This document shows, piece by piece, positions 16,113 through 25,846 of a stretch of 53,347 bases of DNA (the stretch's first letter is position 1; every line of letters starts with the position of its first letter). The notes under the pieces are model-generated. The model saw nothing but the letters and a program-made list of their open reading frames with translations, searched no databases and was not told the DNA's origin. This stretch comes from Gemmatimonadota bacterium (GTDB lineage: Bacteria > Gemmatimonadota > Gemmatimonadetes > Gemmatimonadales > GWC2-71-9), in NCBI GenBank assembly GCA_039591655.1, contig JBDHDE010000018.1, positions 1-53,347 of the forward strand. Reading direction: 5' to 3'. The position numbers and the translations under genes were made by a program.

Positions 16113-18233
16113 TTAGCGGCGCCGCACCGCCTCCCTCAGCCGCTCGAACTGGTCCGGCGCGAGGAAGTACACGCGCTCGAACGCCTCATTAGTATAGCTC
16201 TCCTCGGCTCCCACGGCGTCGAGGAACACGCGGCGGTACCGGCTGGCCAGCGTCGGCGCGTAGAACTCCAGGATTAGCGAGCCGCACCGCACCGCCGCCC
16301 GTCGCCTGAGGTCATCCAGCTCGAAGTCATCCAGGTCACCGCCCCCGAGCACCCGATCATCCACCAGCAGGAAGCACAACTCCTTCAGGAAGGCGAACAC
16401 ACTCGCCTCCGGCTCGTCGGTGCCGAGCGGCATTTGCACCGCGACCACCTGGTCGTCCACACGGAACGGGTCGATCTCGACGATCCGCCCCTCCGGACCG
16501 ATGGGCGGCGACGGGAAGACGACTCCCGCCGTGAGCTTGCGCCGCTCCAGGTAGCGCCCCACGTGGGGTACGAACAGCGTATCCCACATGGCCTGGATGG
16601 CCTGGTAGCGACCGGCCTGCTCGGCGTTGAAGCTCTCCCAGTACTCCCGGTAGAAGATGTCCCACTCCAGCTGCGCCAGCTCCACGAGCCGCCCGAGCAG
16701 CCGGCGGCCGCTCCCCCGCTGGAGCGCCTGGTCCAGGATCAGGATCCCGAGCCCCAGGTTCGGTCCCATGAGGCCCGGCTGCCGCCCACCTCCCTGGGGA
16801 CCCCGGGGGACGCGATCCTCGGCCACCATGCGGAAGGACTCCAGCATCTCGCGCAGGTCGGCCCGGGGGAAGTAGAGCGGGGCGAAGTGGAACACGTCGA
16901 GATCCTCACGATCGGTCAGGTCCTCGCGCAGCTCTGTCGCCGCCGAGTCCAGGGGGGTGGCCTCGATGCCCCTGGCCCGCTTGGCCTCCCGGATCCGGCG
17001 GGCGTAGTCGGCGCTGTACAGGCCCAGTGGGCCGGGCTGATCCGCCGCTATCACGGCCAGCGCGTGGAACCAGAGATCCACGTGGGGCTCGGCGCGGACG
17101 ATCCACCGGGTCGGCCCCTGGGTCGCCTGCTGGCGAGTCTCCGGCGGCGGCTCGGGGGGCTCGATGCTCAGCAGCAGCGCCTCCTGCACCGCTCTGTCGA
17201 CGGGATACGCTTCGTCGAACGACGCGGGCGTTGCGGTGCTCTCCGCCGTGGCGGCCGCCGCAGCCAGGAAGACTGCCTCATATCGCTCGACCTGCTCCGG
17301 CGCGTAGGCGTCCAGCAGCAACGCTCCGCAGCGCACCGCGGCGCGGCTGGCAGCTGCTGGATCCTGAGTGTCCCGTCCGGCCTGGGCCGCCTGAGCGGCC
17401 GTGCTGAAGCACAACTCCCGAAGCGCGGCGTAGACGCTGGCATCGGGATCGTCGAAAGAGGGCGGTGACCACACCGCCACCACGTTGTCGAGGCGCCGAA
17501 ACGGGCTTCCCTCGTAGAGGCGTCCCTCGGGGCCCAATGCCGGGGAGACGAGCATCGTCCCGGCGTCGAGACTGCGCTCTTCGAGGAACGGCGCCACTGC
17601 GGACTCCACCCGCTCGCTCCAGCGCCGCTGGACCTCGCCGTAGTGGGCCGAGTCGGCAGCGACGGTGCGCTCCCAGTACTCCCGCAGGAAGACCTCCCAC
17701 TCCTGCTCCAGCGCCCGCACGAAATCACCGAGAACCTCCCGGTCGTCACCGTCACGGAAGACAGCCGCGGCCTGGCGGATGCCGAACCGTGTCCTGGCAT
17801 CGAAGAACTGCGCCTCGCTCAGCTCCCGCCGGGCCACCGCGTCGAGGGCGCGGAGCATATCCTCGGGACTAGCCTGGGGAAAGTAGAGTGGGATGAAGTG
17901 GAACACCTGGAAGACCCGCTGCTCCTCGAACTCGAGGCGCAGCCCAGCGGCAACGCTGTCCAGCGCAGTGGGATAGACCCCGGCCTCCTGCTTAGCCGCC
18001 CGCACCCGCTCGGCATAGTCGCGGTTGTACAGCGGGAACGGCCCGCCCGCACCGAATCCCACCACAGCAAGCCCGTGGTACCAGAGATCAGCCGCGGCGC
18101 TCGCACGCACGGTCCAGCCGGTGTCGGCCGCAGCGGCGGCGCCGCCCTGCTGTCCCGCCACGCTCGCAGGCAACACCGCCGTGGCTGCGACGGTCAGGAG
18201 CGCGACTTCAAGCAACCGGTATCGCATTCGCAT
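16113..18233 (-). CDS. Exported hypothetical protein made of two tandem homologous domains of roughly 320 aa
   Basis: Start MRMRYRLL with signal peptide; motifs DLW[YF]H, VFHFxPLYFP, REYWE, GPEGR, ELCF and RAAVRCG each occur twice. Confidence 0.75.
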   Translation of the reverse strand: MRMRYRLLEVALLTVAATAVLPASVAGQQGGAAAAADTGWTVRASAAADLWYHGLAVVGFGAGGPFPLYNRDYAERVRAAKQEAGVYPTALDSVAAGLRLEFEEQRVFQVFHFIPLYFPQASPEDMLRALDAVARRELSEAQFFDARTRFGIRQAAAVFRDGDDREVLGDFVRALEQEWEVFLREYWERTVAADSAHYGEVQRRWSERVESAVAPFLEERSLDAGTMLVSPALGPEGRLYEGSPFRRLDNVVAVWSPPSFDDPDASVYAALRELCFSTAAQAAQAGRDTQDPAAASRAAVRCGALLLDAYAPEQVERYEAVFLAAAAATAESTATPASFDEAYPVDRAVQEALLLSIEPPEPPPETRQQATQGPTRWIVRAEPHVDLWFHALAVIAADQPGPLGLYSADYARRIREAKRARGIEATPLDSAATELREDLTDREDLDVFHFAPLYFPRADLREMLESFRMVAEDRVPRGPQGGGRQPGLMGPNLGLGILILDQALQRGSGRRLLGRLVELAQLEWDIFYREYWESFNAEQAGRYQAIQAMWDTLFVPHVGRYLERRKLTAGVVFPSPPIGPEGRIVEIDPFRVDDQVVAVQMPLGTDEPEASVFAFLKELCFLLVDDRVLGGGDLDDFELDDLRRRAAVRCGSLILEFYAPTLASRYRRVFLDAVGAEESYTNEAFERVYFLAPDQFERLREAVRRR

Positions 18234-18496
18234 CGCCTTGTTGCAACTCCGATCCCGCTCTGGTGTTCCGCTCCTGGTGTCTCGCATCGCCGACGCGGTA
18301 TCGGCTGCCCCGGTGCGCCACGGCAACTGCGTCGCGGGGCACCCCGAACCCCAAGGGGAGGAATGTTAGCGCCTCCCGGGCGAATCGGAACCGCCGCAGG
18401 CCCCACGGCGCCCGCCGGCTGGCCCGGCGGCCAGGACCGTGTGCAAACCCGCCCCCCTCGATCGTCATCCGGGTCAGAACGAACCGTGAGGCAACC

Positions 18497-20689
18497 ATGA
18501 GGACGCTGAGAGCACTGATAACGGCAAGCCTACTGGCCGCTCCACTCCACGCCCAGGGGTGGATCGAGCCACCCCCGGACGCCCCTGTCGCGTTCGGCGT
18601 GGTGAAGGTGCGGACCGCAGTGTCGGTCCAGGTGACCGGCCGGGTCGCCCTGGTCGAGGTCGAGGAGTGGTTCCGCAACGACGGGCGGGGGCTGGGCGAG
18701 GGCGATTACCTCTACCCCCTGCCCGGCGAGGCGGTGTTCAGCAACTTCTCGCTGTTCCAGGGAGACCAGGAGCTCCGGGGGGAGACGATGGATGCCGACC
18801 AGGCCCGGGCGATCTACGAGGAGATCGTGCGGCGCAAGCGGGATCCGGCACTCATAGAGCTCGCCGGCCACGGTCTCATCCGTGCGCGGGTCTTTCCCAT
18901 CAACCCCGGTGAGACGCGCAAGATCACCCTGCGCTACACCCAGGTGCTGGCGCGGGCGGGCGACGCATTGCAGTTCCGTTACGCCGCCGGAGGGCGCCAT
19001 GGCCGGTTCGACTCCGGTGAGGGCGGCGTCCAGCAGCGACCGAGGCCAGAGGCGGCACCCCTCACCTTCACGCTAGTGGCAGACAGCGGCGCGGCGTTTG
19101 GCGATCCGTTCTCGCCCACGCATCGTGTGCGGGTGACCCGGGAGGAGGGTCGCCTCGAGGTGCGGCCGGAGGGGGAGCTCTCCGGAGACTTCGCCCTGTT
19201 CCTGCCAATGGCCCGTGCGTTGGTGGGAATCACCATCGCCACCCACCGACCCGCCGGGGATGACGGCTACTTCATGCTGACCCTGTCTCCCGGACGTGCT
19301 GACGGGGCCGTCCAGCCTCGGGACTTGACGGTGGTGCTGGACGTCTCCGGCTCAATGTCGGGGACCAAGATCGAGCAGGCCAAGGCGGCGCTGCGCCAGC
19401 TGCTGGCCTCTCTCGGAAGCCAGGATCGGTTCCGGCTGCTGGCCTTCAGCAACGGGGTTCGGGCGCACCGCTCCGAGTGGACGGATCCCACCAGGGACGA
19501 GCTGGCCGATGCTCGGCGCTGGATCGCCGGGCTCCACGCCGACGGCGGCACCAACGTCGCCGGCGCCCTCAGCGAAGCGTTCCGGCTGGAGAGCCCCGCG
19601 GAGCGGCTGCCCATCGTGGTCTTCTTGACCGACGGGCTGCCGTCGGTGGGCGAGCGGAACCCCGAGCGGATCGCGGCCCAGGCCGAAGGAGAGCGCGGCC
19701 GTGCCCGGGTCTTCGCCTTCGGCGTGGGCTACGACGTGAACACCTACCTGCTGGACCGGCTCTCGGCGGCCGGACGCGGCGCCACCCAGTATGTGGAGCC
19801 GGGCGAGGACGTAGAGCAGGCGCTGAGCGTACTGGGCGCCAAGATCCAGCATCCGGTGCTCACCGACATCGCCGTGGGTGAGGCGCCGGTGGAGTTGGTG
19901 GAGATCCACCCCGCCACGCTCCCCGATCTCTTCTCCGGCGAGGAGTTGGTGGTATTCGGGCGGTACCGGACGAGCCGCACGCGCTCCGGTGAGCTGACCG
20001 TCTCCGGTCGGCGCAACAACCGTGCGGAGCGGTTCACCACCCGGGTGACGTTCCCCGAGCACGAGCTGGCCAACGACTTCATCCCCCGGCTCTGGGCATC
20101 GCGCAAGATCGGGGCACTGGCGCAGGAGCTCAGGCTGCACGGCATGAACCAGGAGCTGGTGGAGGAGATCCGGCGCACCGCCCTGCGGTACGGACTCCTG
20201 AGCGAGTTCACCTCGTACCTCGTCCAGGAACCCGAGGAGTTCGCCCAAGGGCCGGTCCCGAGGGATGTGCGCAGCCTGGCGGCGCCGTCGGCGGCCGTGG
20301 GCGAGGGCGCCGTGGCGGCTGCGAAGCAGGACCGGGCGCGCCGCGAGGCCAGGACAGAGATGGAGCTGGCGGACGCCGACGAGGACCTGCTCAGTCGCGG
20401 ACACCTCGGTCAGACGCGACACGTGGCCGGTCGGCTGTTCGCGGAACGCCACGGCGTGTGGACCGATCTGGCACACCGGGACTCGCTGCGCACCGTGGAG
20501 ATCGCTCCCTACGGGGACGCCTACTTCGCCCTGTTGCAGCACCTGCCCGAGGTCAAGCCGTATTTCGGCGCGTTCGGGTCGGTTCTGGTGGCGGGCGAGC
20601 AAGTCAGCATCCGCCTGGCGGATGGCGGCCGGGAGTCGCTGTCGCAGGGAGAGCTGGACAGGCTGGTCCGCGAGTTCCGCGGGCCGTAA
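18497..20689 (+). CDS. Secreted VIT + von Willebrand factor A domain protein
   Basis: Start MRTLRAL (GAGG RBS, signal peptide LHA-Q); VIT (EGDYLYPLP, YEEIVRRKRDPALIE); MIDAS DVSGSM, GGTN, FLTDG, FGVGYDVN; RLWA and FTSYLV. Confidence 0.9.
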   Translation: MRTLRALITASLLAAPLHAQGWIEPPPDAPVAFGVVKVRTAVSVQVTGRVALVEVEEWFRNDGRGLGEGDYLYPLPGEAVFSNFSLFQGDQELRGETMDADQARAIYEEIVRRKRDPALIELAGHGLIRARVFPINPGETRKITLRYTQVLARAGDALQFRYAAGGRHGRFDSGEGGVQQRPRPEAAPLTFTLVADSGAAFGDPFSPTHRVRVTREEGRLEVRPEGELSGDFALFLPMARALVGITIATHRPAGDDGYFMLTLSPGRADGAVQPRDLTVVLDVSGSMSGTKIEQAKAALRQLLASLGSQDRFRLLAFSNGVRAHRSEWTDPTRDELADARRWIAGLHADGGTNVAGALSEAFRLESPAERLPIVVFLTDGLPSVGERNPERIAAQAEGERGRARVFAFGVGYDVNTYLLDRLSAAGRGATQYVEPGEDVEQALSVLGAKIQHPVLTDIAVGEAPVELVEIHPATLPDLFSGEELVVFGRYRTSRTRSGELTVSGRRNNRAERFTTRVTFPEHELANDFIPRLWASRKIGALAQELRLHGMNQELVEEIRRTALRYGLLSEFTSYLVQEPEEFAQGPVPRDVRSLAAPSAAVGEGAVAAAKQDRARREARTEMELADADEDLLSRGHLGQTRHVAGRLFAERHGVWTDLAHRDSLRTVEIAPYGDAYFALLQHLPEVKPYFGAFGSVLVAGEQVSIRLADGGRESLSQGELDRLVREFRGP

Positions 20690-20699
20690 ACTGGACGAC

Positions 20700-21203
20700 G
20701 TGAGCGTCGACTGGGCGGCAGTGTACCGCACGACCTTCGAGGACCTGGTCCGCTTCCTCCACCGCAAGGTGTGGGATGCGGACCGGGCCCACGACCTGGC
20801 ACAGGATACATTCGTGCGCGCCCTGGACCATGAGCCGGAGAACCCGCGGGCGTGGCTCTTCACCGTGGCGGCGAATCTCGCCCGGGACGAAGCGCGCTCG
20901 GCGATCCGCCAGCGGCGCCACCTGACGCTCATCAAGTCGGAGGAGGCGGCTCGAACGGTGCCCGATCCCGCCGAAGAGTTCGAGCGGGAGCAGCGGATGC
21001 AGCAGGTGCGCCGGGCCCTGGATCGACTGGGCGAGCGCGATCGCGACGTGCTGTTGCTGTGGGACGCAGGCCTCAGCTACGCGGAGATAGCCGCCGAGAC
21101 GGGCCTCGCCCAGGGCGCCATCGGTACCACGCTGGCCCGGGCGCGCCGCAGGCTGGCAGAGGCGTATGACGAGTTGGAGGGAAGAGATGTCGCACATCGA
21201 TGA
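20700..21203 (+). CDS. ECF RNA polymerase sigma factor
   Basis: GTG start; region 2 (DLAQDTF, RAWLFTVAANLARD) and region 4 (GLSYAEIA..GTTLARARRRL). Confidence 0.9.
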   Translation: MSVDWAAVYRTTFEDLVRFLHRKVWDADRAHDLAQDTFVRALDHEPENPRAWLFTVAANLARDEARSAIRQRRHLTLIKSEEAARTVPDPAEEFEREQRMQQVRRALDRLGERDRDVLLLWDAGLSYAEIAAETGLAQGAIGTTLARARRRLAEAYDELEGRDVAHR

Positions 21204-22347
21204 AGGCGTGCTGCACGCCTACCTGGACGGCGAGGCGGAGGCGCTGATCGGCCCCGACGGCCGGCCGGCGGACCGCGAGGGCATCGAGCGGCATCTGGCC
21301 GAGTGCGCAGAGTGCCGCAGCCATCTCGCAGATGCCCGGCAGCTCAGGGACCGGGCGGCGTCGATCCTGGGCGCCTCGGGCCCCGCAGCCGTGTCGCCTC
21401 CCCCGTTCGAGGACGTCGTGGCCCGCTCCCGCACCCGGAGCCGGGGACGCCGGGTACTGCAACTCAACCGGCTGACCGCTCTGGGATGGGCAGCGGTCGT
21501 GGTGCTGGCCGTGGGCGTGGGCTGGATCGCCCGGGAGACAGTGGGGTTCCGTGAGTCCCAGACTGTACCGGCCGTCGGACCCGAGACGGCTCCGGTGGAC
21601 CTCGCCCAAGCCCCTGAGCGGCCAGAGCCGGAACCCACGATCGCGGCTGCCCCCGCCGAGCAGGAGGCCCGGGGTGCAGCCACCGGCGAGGCCGGAGGTG
21701 AGCGTCGCGACGCCCCGGCGGTGGCCAAGTCGGAGCCCCAGCCCCCGGGCCGGGCCGAGAGGGCGATCACGGAGGACGCCACGCGGCTCGCCGAAGCCGA
21801 TGAGGCGGCGGCGGCGCCGCCGGAGGCCCGTGCGATCCCGCAGGCGGCGGCGCCCGAGATGGAGGTGGCCGCGGTCCCCGCAGACGCCCGGGTGGCGCAG
21901 CAGCACGACTCGGCAGAGCGCTTCGCCGATGTCGACGCGGCAGAGGACGCAGTCGAGGCGCTCAACCGAGCCCGGGAGGCAGCGGAATGGACCACCGCAG
22001 GCAAACAGGCCGCCGAGGACCACCTCGGCGGGCCGCTGCTCACTGTCCCGGATCTCCCGGTTGTCGCCGTCAGGATCGGTGCCGTGGATGGGGAGCCGGC
22101 CGCCCGGGTGCTACAGCGGCTGCCGTCGGGAGAGTCCCTGGAGCTGCTCCAGGTTCGCGCGTCGGAGGGGGCCCGCGGTGCGGTGGCCTACCGGAGGGAC
22201 CTAGAGCAAGCCGACTCCGCGGCGCCCGCCGGGGCAATGGCGAGCGTGTCCCAGTCGATGGTCGTCCGCCGGGGCTATGTGATCACCGGCTGGGCCGGCA
22301 TCCCCGCGGACTCGTTGCGCGCGCTGCTGGAGAGGATCCAGGAGTAG
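21187..22347 (+). CDS. Zinc-finger (ZAS, HxxxCxxC) transmembrane anti-sigma factor
   Basis: Overlaps the sigma stop; LHAYLDGE, HLAECAEC; one TM (WAAVVVLAVGVGW); Ala/Pro/Glu-rich linker and small C-terminal domain. Confidence 0.85.
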   Translation: MSHIDEGVLHAYLDGEAEALIGPDGRPADREGIERHLAECAECRSHLADARQLRDRAASILGASGPAAVSPPPFEDVVARSRTRSRGRRVLQLNRLTALGWAAVVVLAVGVGWIARETVGFRESQTVPAVGPETAPVDLAQAPERPEPEPTIAAAPAEQEARGAATGEAGGERRDAPAVAKSEPQPPGRAERAITEDATRLAEADEAAAAPPEARAIPQAAAPEMEVAAVPADARVAQQHDSAERFADVDAAEDAVEALNRAREAAEWTTAGKQAAEDHLGGPLLTVPDLPVVAVRIGAVDGEPAARVLQRLPSGESLELLQVRASEGARGAVAYRRDLEQADSAAPAGAMASVSQSMVVRRGYVITGWAGIPADSLRALLERIQE

Positions 22348-22353
22348 CGCCGG

Positions 22354-22376
22354 CGCGGGGGCGCCTGCGCCCCGCG
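22354..22376. terminator. GC-rich hairpin between convergent genes
   Basis: cgcgggggcg-cctg-cgccccgcg; imperfect stem and no U-tract. Confidence 0.35.
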
Positions 22377-22384
22377 ATCAGCCG

Positions 22385-23428
22385 CTACTCGACCCGCGCG
22401 GTCTCGCCCCGCCGCCGCACGCGAATCAGCTCCGCCACCACCGCCACCGCGATCTCCTCCGGGGTATCGGCGCCGATGGGCTCACCAATGGGTACCCGTA
22501 CGCGCTCCAGCGACTCCCGGGGGACGCCGGCCTCTTCCAGCGCCCGCCAGATGACGGCGCGCTTGCGCATGCTCCCCAGCATCCCCACGTAGCGCGCCGG
22601 TGAGGCAGCGGTCCGCTCCACGATGTAGGCGTCCATGCTGTGGCCCCGGGTGGTGGCCAGGACGTAGTCATCCTCATCCAGCGTGAACCGGTCCAGGACC
22701 GCCCGGAAGTCGTCGGCGATCACCTCATGAGCCCACGGCACCCATTCCTTGTTGGCGAAGTCGCCACGGTCGTCGGTCACCACGACCCGGAATCCTGCCC
22801 CGGCTGCCACCTGCGCAACGGCCCGCCCGACGTGCCCCGCTCCGAAGATCAGCACCCGGGGCACCCGCTCGATGGGCTCCACGAACAGCCCGCGCTGCTC
22901 ATCCACCACCGCCGCGGCGGGCCGGGTCGCCCCCTCCGGCCACACCGGCTCATCCCATCCCGCCGAGACCACCTCGTCCCCGATCACCGCCTGCTTGCGC
23001 GGTCCATCCGGCCAGTGCAGCGCGGTGAGCACCAGTGCGGGGAGTCGCCCCTCCACGGCGACCGCCAACGCGCCGTACAGTGCTGCCATCTCGTGTGTGG
23101 GGACCAGCGGCTCGAGAAACAGCTCCACGGTGCCGCCACAGGAGAGACCCACGTCGCCGGCCAGATCGGCGTTGAGGGTGTGACTCACCAGGGTCGGGAG
23201 ACCGCCCTCCGCCGTGCGCAGCGCCTGTTCGGTGACATCCGCTTCAGTGCAGCCGCCGCCCACCGTTCCCCAGCGGCGCCCGTCGGCGGCGACGACCATC
23301 TTGGCGTCGTGGGCCATAGGCAGGGAGCCGCGATGGCGTGAGACCGTGGCCATCGCCGCCGTCTCACCCGCGACGGCCAGCTCGGACGCGGCCCGCCAAA
23401 CCTGCGCCGGTTGGGGATACTCCGTCAT
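22385..23428 (-). CDS. xdhC: XdhC/CoxI family molybdoenzyme maturation factor
   Basis: GS(L)P..AKMVV, GTVGGGCTE, GLSCGG, IFGAGHV, YVGMLGS, PIG..IGADTPEEIAVAVVAE. Confidence 0.88.
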   Translation of the reverse strand: MTEYPQPAQVWRAASELAVAGETAAMATVSRHRGSLPMAHDAKMVVAADGRRWGTVGGGCTEADVTEQALRTAEGGLPTLVSHTLNADLAGDVGLSCGGTVELFLEPLVPTHEMAALYGALAVAVEGRLPALVLTALHWPDGPRKQAVIGDEVVSAGWDEPVWPEGATRPAAAVVDEQRGLFVEPIERVPRVLIFGAGHVGRAVAQVAAGAGFRVVVTDDRGDFANKEWVPWAHEVIADDFRAVLDRFTLDEDDYVLATTRGHSMDAYIVERTAASPARYVGMLGSMRKRAVIWRALEEAGVPRESLERVRVPIGEPIGADTPEEIAVAVVAELIRVRRRGETARVE

Positions 23429-23542
23429 GCGCGCTCCACCAAGATCATCTCGGAACCTGCAATGTATCGCGGCCAGCTATCCGCCGGAACGAAACGGGGC
23501 CCCGCAGGACCCCAGTGTGCTACGATTGCGCGGCTTCGCCTG

Positions 23543-24799
23543 CTAGTGATGCCCGGTCTCCTCGGCCTTCTCAAGGAGCCTGGGGCTCACCATGGGCAGC
23601 GCCCGGGCGAACAGCCCGTAGGCCATCAGGAACAGCCCCAGGAAGCCCAGCGAGATACCGTACTCCGGGAGCCCGAACACCGGCGGCTGCTCGGTGAGCG
23701 ACGGCTGCACCAGGAGGTAGCGCTCCAGCCACACCCCGAGGAAGCTGATCAGCAGGAAGAGCGAGAAGGTGAAGGCCGTGACCTTCGACTTGACCCAGAT
23801 AAGCCCCCAGAAGGGGATCAGGAACACCATGAGCCCCACCAGCACCGAGACCGGCCGCCAATCGGCCCACAGGCGGTAGAAGAGGAACGACGTCTCCTCC
23901 CGCAGGTTGCCGTACCAGATGACCAGCACCTGGCTGAACACCAGGTAGGCCCAGAAGACGGACAGGCCGAACACCAACTTTCCGAGGTCGTGGAATTGCT
24001 GGCGGCCGATCACGTCCCGCATCTGCAGCCGGCGCCGCCAGTAAACCATCATCAACCCCAGCATGGTGAGCCCGGTCAGGAGAGCGCCCATGAAGAAGAA
24101 GGCCCCGAACAGGTTGCTCAGCCAGTAGGGCGCCAGCGACATCACCAAGTCGAAGGCCAGGAGCGAGAACAGGTAGGCGTAGAGCAGGCAGAGCACCGGT
24201 GCCAACAGGCTGAGCCGCCGCTCGATCCGCTCCAGCTCATCCGCCGTCCCCCGGTACCCGCCGGCGAGCCGCTCGTACAGCCGCTGCCGCCACCCCGACA
24301 CGTGCTCCTTCAGCTGCGCCACGTCCGGCTTCAGATCGTAGTACACGAACGCGCCGGCCACCACCACGAGCGCCAACAGGGCGACAAGGTCGCGCCAGAA
24401 CACCCAGGAGACGGTGAGCCAGTTACCCCGTGCAGGCGTGGGATGCTCGATCCATGGAAACAGCTCGTACCTCCCCAGGAACAGCACGAGGAACAGCACG
24501 ACCGAGACCGGCAGGAACGCCACCGCGGCTTCGGCAAACCGGATGATCGGTCCCGACCACACGCCCTTCGTGATCTTCTGGGTGGCCGCAAAGACGATGG
24601 CGCCGAGGGACACGCCCGTGAAGAACAGGAAATTGACGTGGAACATCCGCCAGGCGCGGCCGGGATCGTCCCCCATGAGACCGACGACGAAGAGTGCCAG
24701 GCCCAGGACGGCGAGGATGGTGCCGCCGGCCAGCAGCGCTCCGCTGGGCGCGTCCGTGCCGCGCCGGCAGATCTCCTGGTGCGACTGCTCCGCGCTCAC
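23543..24799 (-). CDS. actF: Alternative complex III membrane subunit ActF
   Basis: About 10 TMs; LFPW, FDLVMSLAPYWLSNLFG, HDLGKLVFG, WAYLVFSQVLVIWYGNLREE; last gene of the act cluster. Confidence 0.85.
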   Translation of the reverse strand: MSAEQSHQEICRRGTDAPSGALLAGGTILAVLGLALFVVGLMGDDPGRAWRMFHVNFLFFTGVSLGAIVFAATQKITKGVWSGPIIRFAEAAVAFLPVSVVLFLVLFLGRYELFPWIEHPTPARGNWLTVSWVFWRDLVALLALVVVAGAFVYYDLKPDVAQLKEHVSGWRQRLYERLAGGYRGTADELERIERRLSLLAPVLCLLYAYLFSLLAFDLVMSLAPYWLSNLFGAFFFMGALLTGLTMLGLMMVYWRRRLQMRDVIGRQQFHDLGKLVFGLSVFWAYLVFSQVLVIWYGNLREETSFLFYRLWADWRPVSVLVGLMVFLIPFWGLIWVKSKVTAFTFSLFLLISFLGVWLERYLLVQPSLTEQPPVFGLPEYGISLGFLGLFLMAYGLFARALPMVSPRLLEKAEETGHH

Positions 24800-25350
24800 C
24801 GCGCCGCTCCCTGTAACACCCGCACGTAGTTCACGATGTGCCAGCGATCCTCGACGCTGATCTTGCTGCCGTACTCCGGCATGAGGGCGCCGAACCCGTT
24901 CACGATGACCGCGTACATCCAGCCGTCACTCTGATCCCGCATCCGCTGCTCGGTCAGATCGCGCACCGCATTGGCCAGCGCCGGCGCGACGGGCCCGTCA
25001 CCGCGACCTTCGACTCCGTGGCACAGGCCGCAGTAGATGTCGTAGCGGTCGCGTCCCCGCTCGATGGAGGCGGCCGTGCGCTGCACAGGACTGCGCAGTC
25101 GCCCGAGCGCCACGCGATTCTGAGGAATCGCCGGCGGCACGACCTCGGTACCCGTGACGGGAACCGTCCCCGACACCGGCTGCAGCGGCATCTTGTACGG
25201 TTGGATGGCGATCCCGGTATGCATGACCGAGAACCACGGGATCGCCGCAACGAGGTCGTCGGGGCTGGGGAACCGATGCCATTGCTCCCGGGTGCACCCT
25301 GTCACCAGGGCGAGCAGCACCAATGCGGCCCAGCCGGCTCTAGGTCTCAA
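24796..25350 (-). CDS. actE: Alternative complex III monoheme cytochrome c lipoprotein ActE
   Basis: Lipobox VTG-C; YCGLCHG heme motif; MPEYG axial Met; DRWHIVNYVR. Confidence 0.85.
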   Translation of the reverse strand: MRPRAGWAALVLLALVTGCTREQWHRFPSPDDLVAAIPWFSVMHTGIAIQPYKMPLQPVSGTVPVTGTEVVPPAIPQNRVALGRLRSPVQRTAASIERGRDRYDIYCGLCHGVEGRGDGPVAPALANAVRDLTEQRMRDQSDGWMYAVIVNGFGALMPEYGSKISVEDRWHIVNYVRVLQGAAR

Positions 25351-25846
25351 CCCGTACCTCCAAGGCGCCCGATGCCCGCAACAGATCCTCCACCGCCGGA
25401 CGACGCTCCACCGGACACGGCACGAAGATGCCGATCTGATCGTCGGTGAACCGCCCGTCGAACGCTCCCGGCTGCCGCGTGCGCCAGCTGTTGTACAGCA
25501 GCCCGAGAATCGTGGCGCCGGCGCCGAACAGGATCGTGAGCTCGAACGCGATGATCACGTAGGGAATGACCGAGCCGACGGGCTTGCCGCCCACCACCAG
25601 CGGCCAGTCGTAGGACATCCACAGCGTGAGTGCGAACCCGGTCGCGCACCCCAGCAGCCCGCCGATGAGCGTCCAGAGGCGCACCGAGCTCACCCGGTGG
25701 CCCACCGCCTGGAGGATCTCCACGTTGGGCACCGGCGTGTAGACGGTGAAGTCCTCGTATCCGGAGTCCCTCAGGCGGCGCACCGCCTCGGCGGCAGCGT
25801 CCACGTGCTTGTACGCCGCGAGCACGCCGCCCGGACGCGCCGTCAT
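25340..25846 (-). CDS. actD: Alternative complex III subunit ActD (DUF3341)
   Basis: ATGA overlap with actC; YTPVP, DWPLVVGGKP, FELTILF; two TMs. Confidence 0.85.
   Translation of the reverse strand: MTARPGGVLAAYKHVDAAAEAVRRLRDSGYEDFTVYTPVPNVEILQAVGHRVSSVRLWTLIGGLLGCATGFALTLWMSYDWPLVVGGKPVGSVIPYVIIAFELTILFGAGATILGLLYNSWRTRQPGAFDGRFTDDQIGIFVPCPVERRPAVEDLLRASGALEVRVET

Noticed and set aside
18443..18468. GCAAAC...CGTC as autoregulatory ECF promoter
   Set aside because: The spacer is 14 nt, shorter than the usual ~16-17; it cannot be supported without comparative data.
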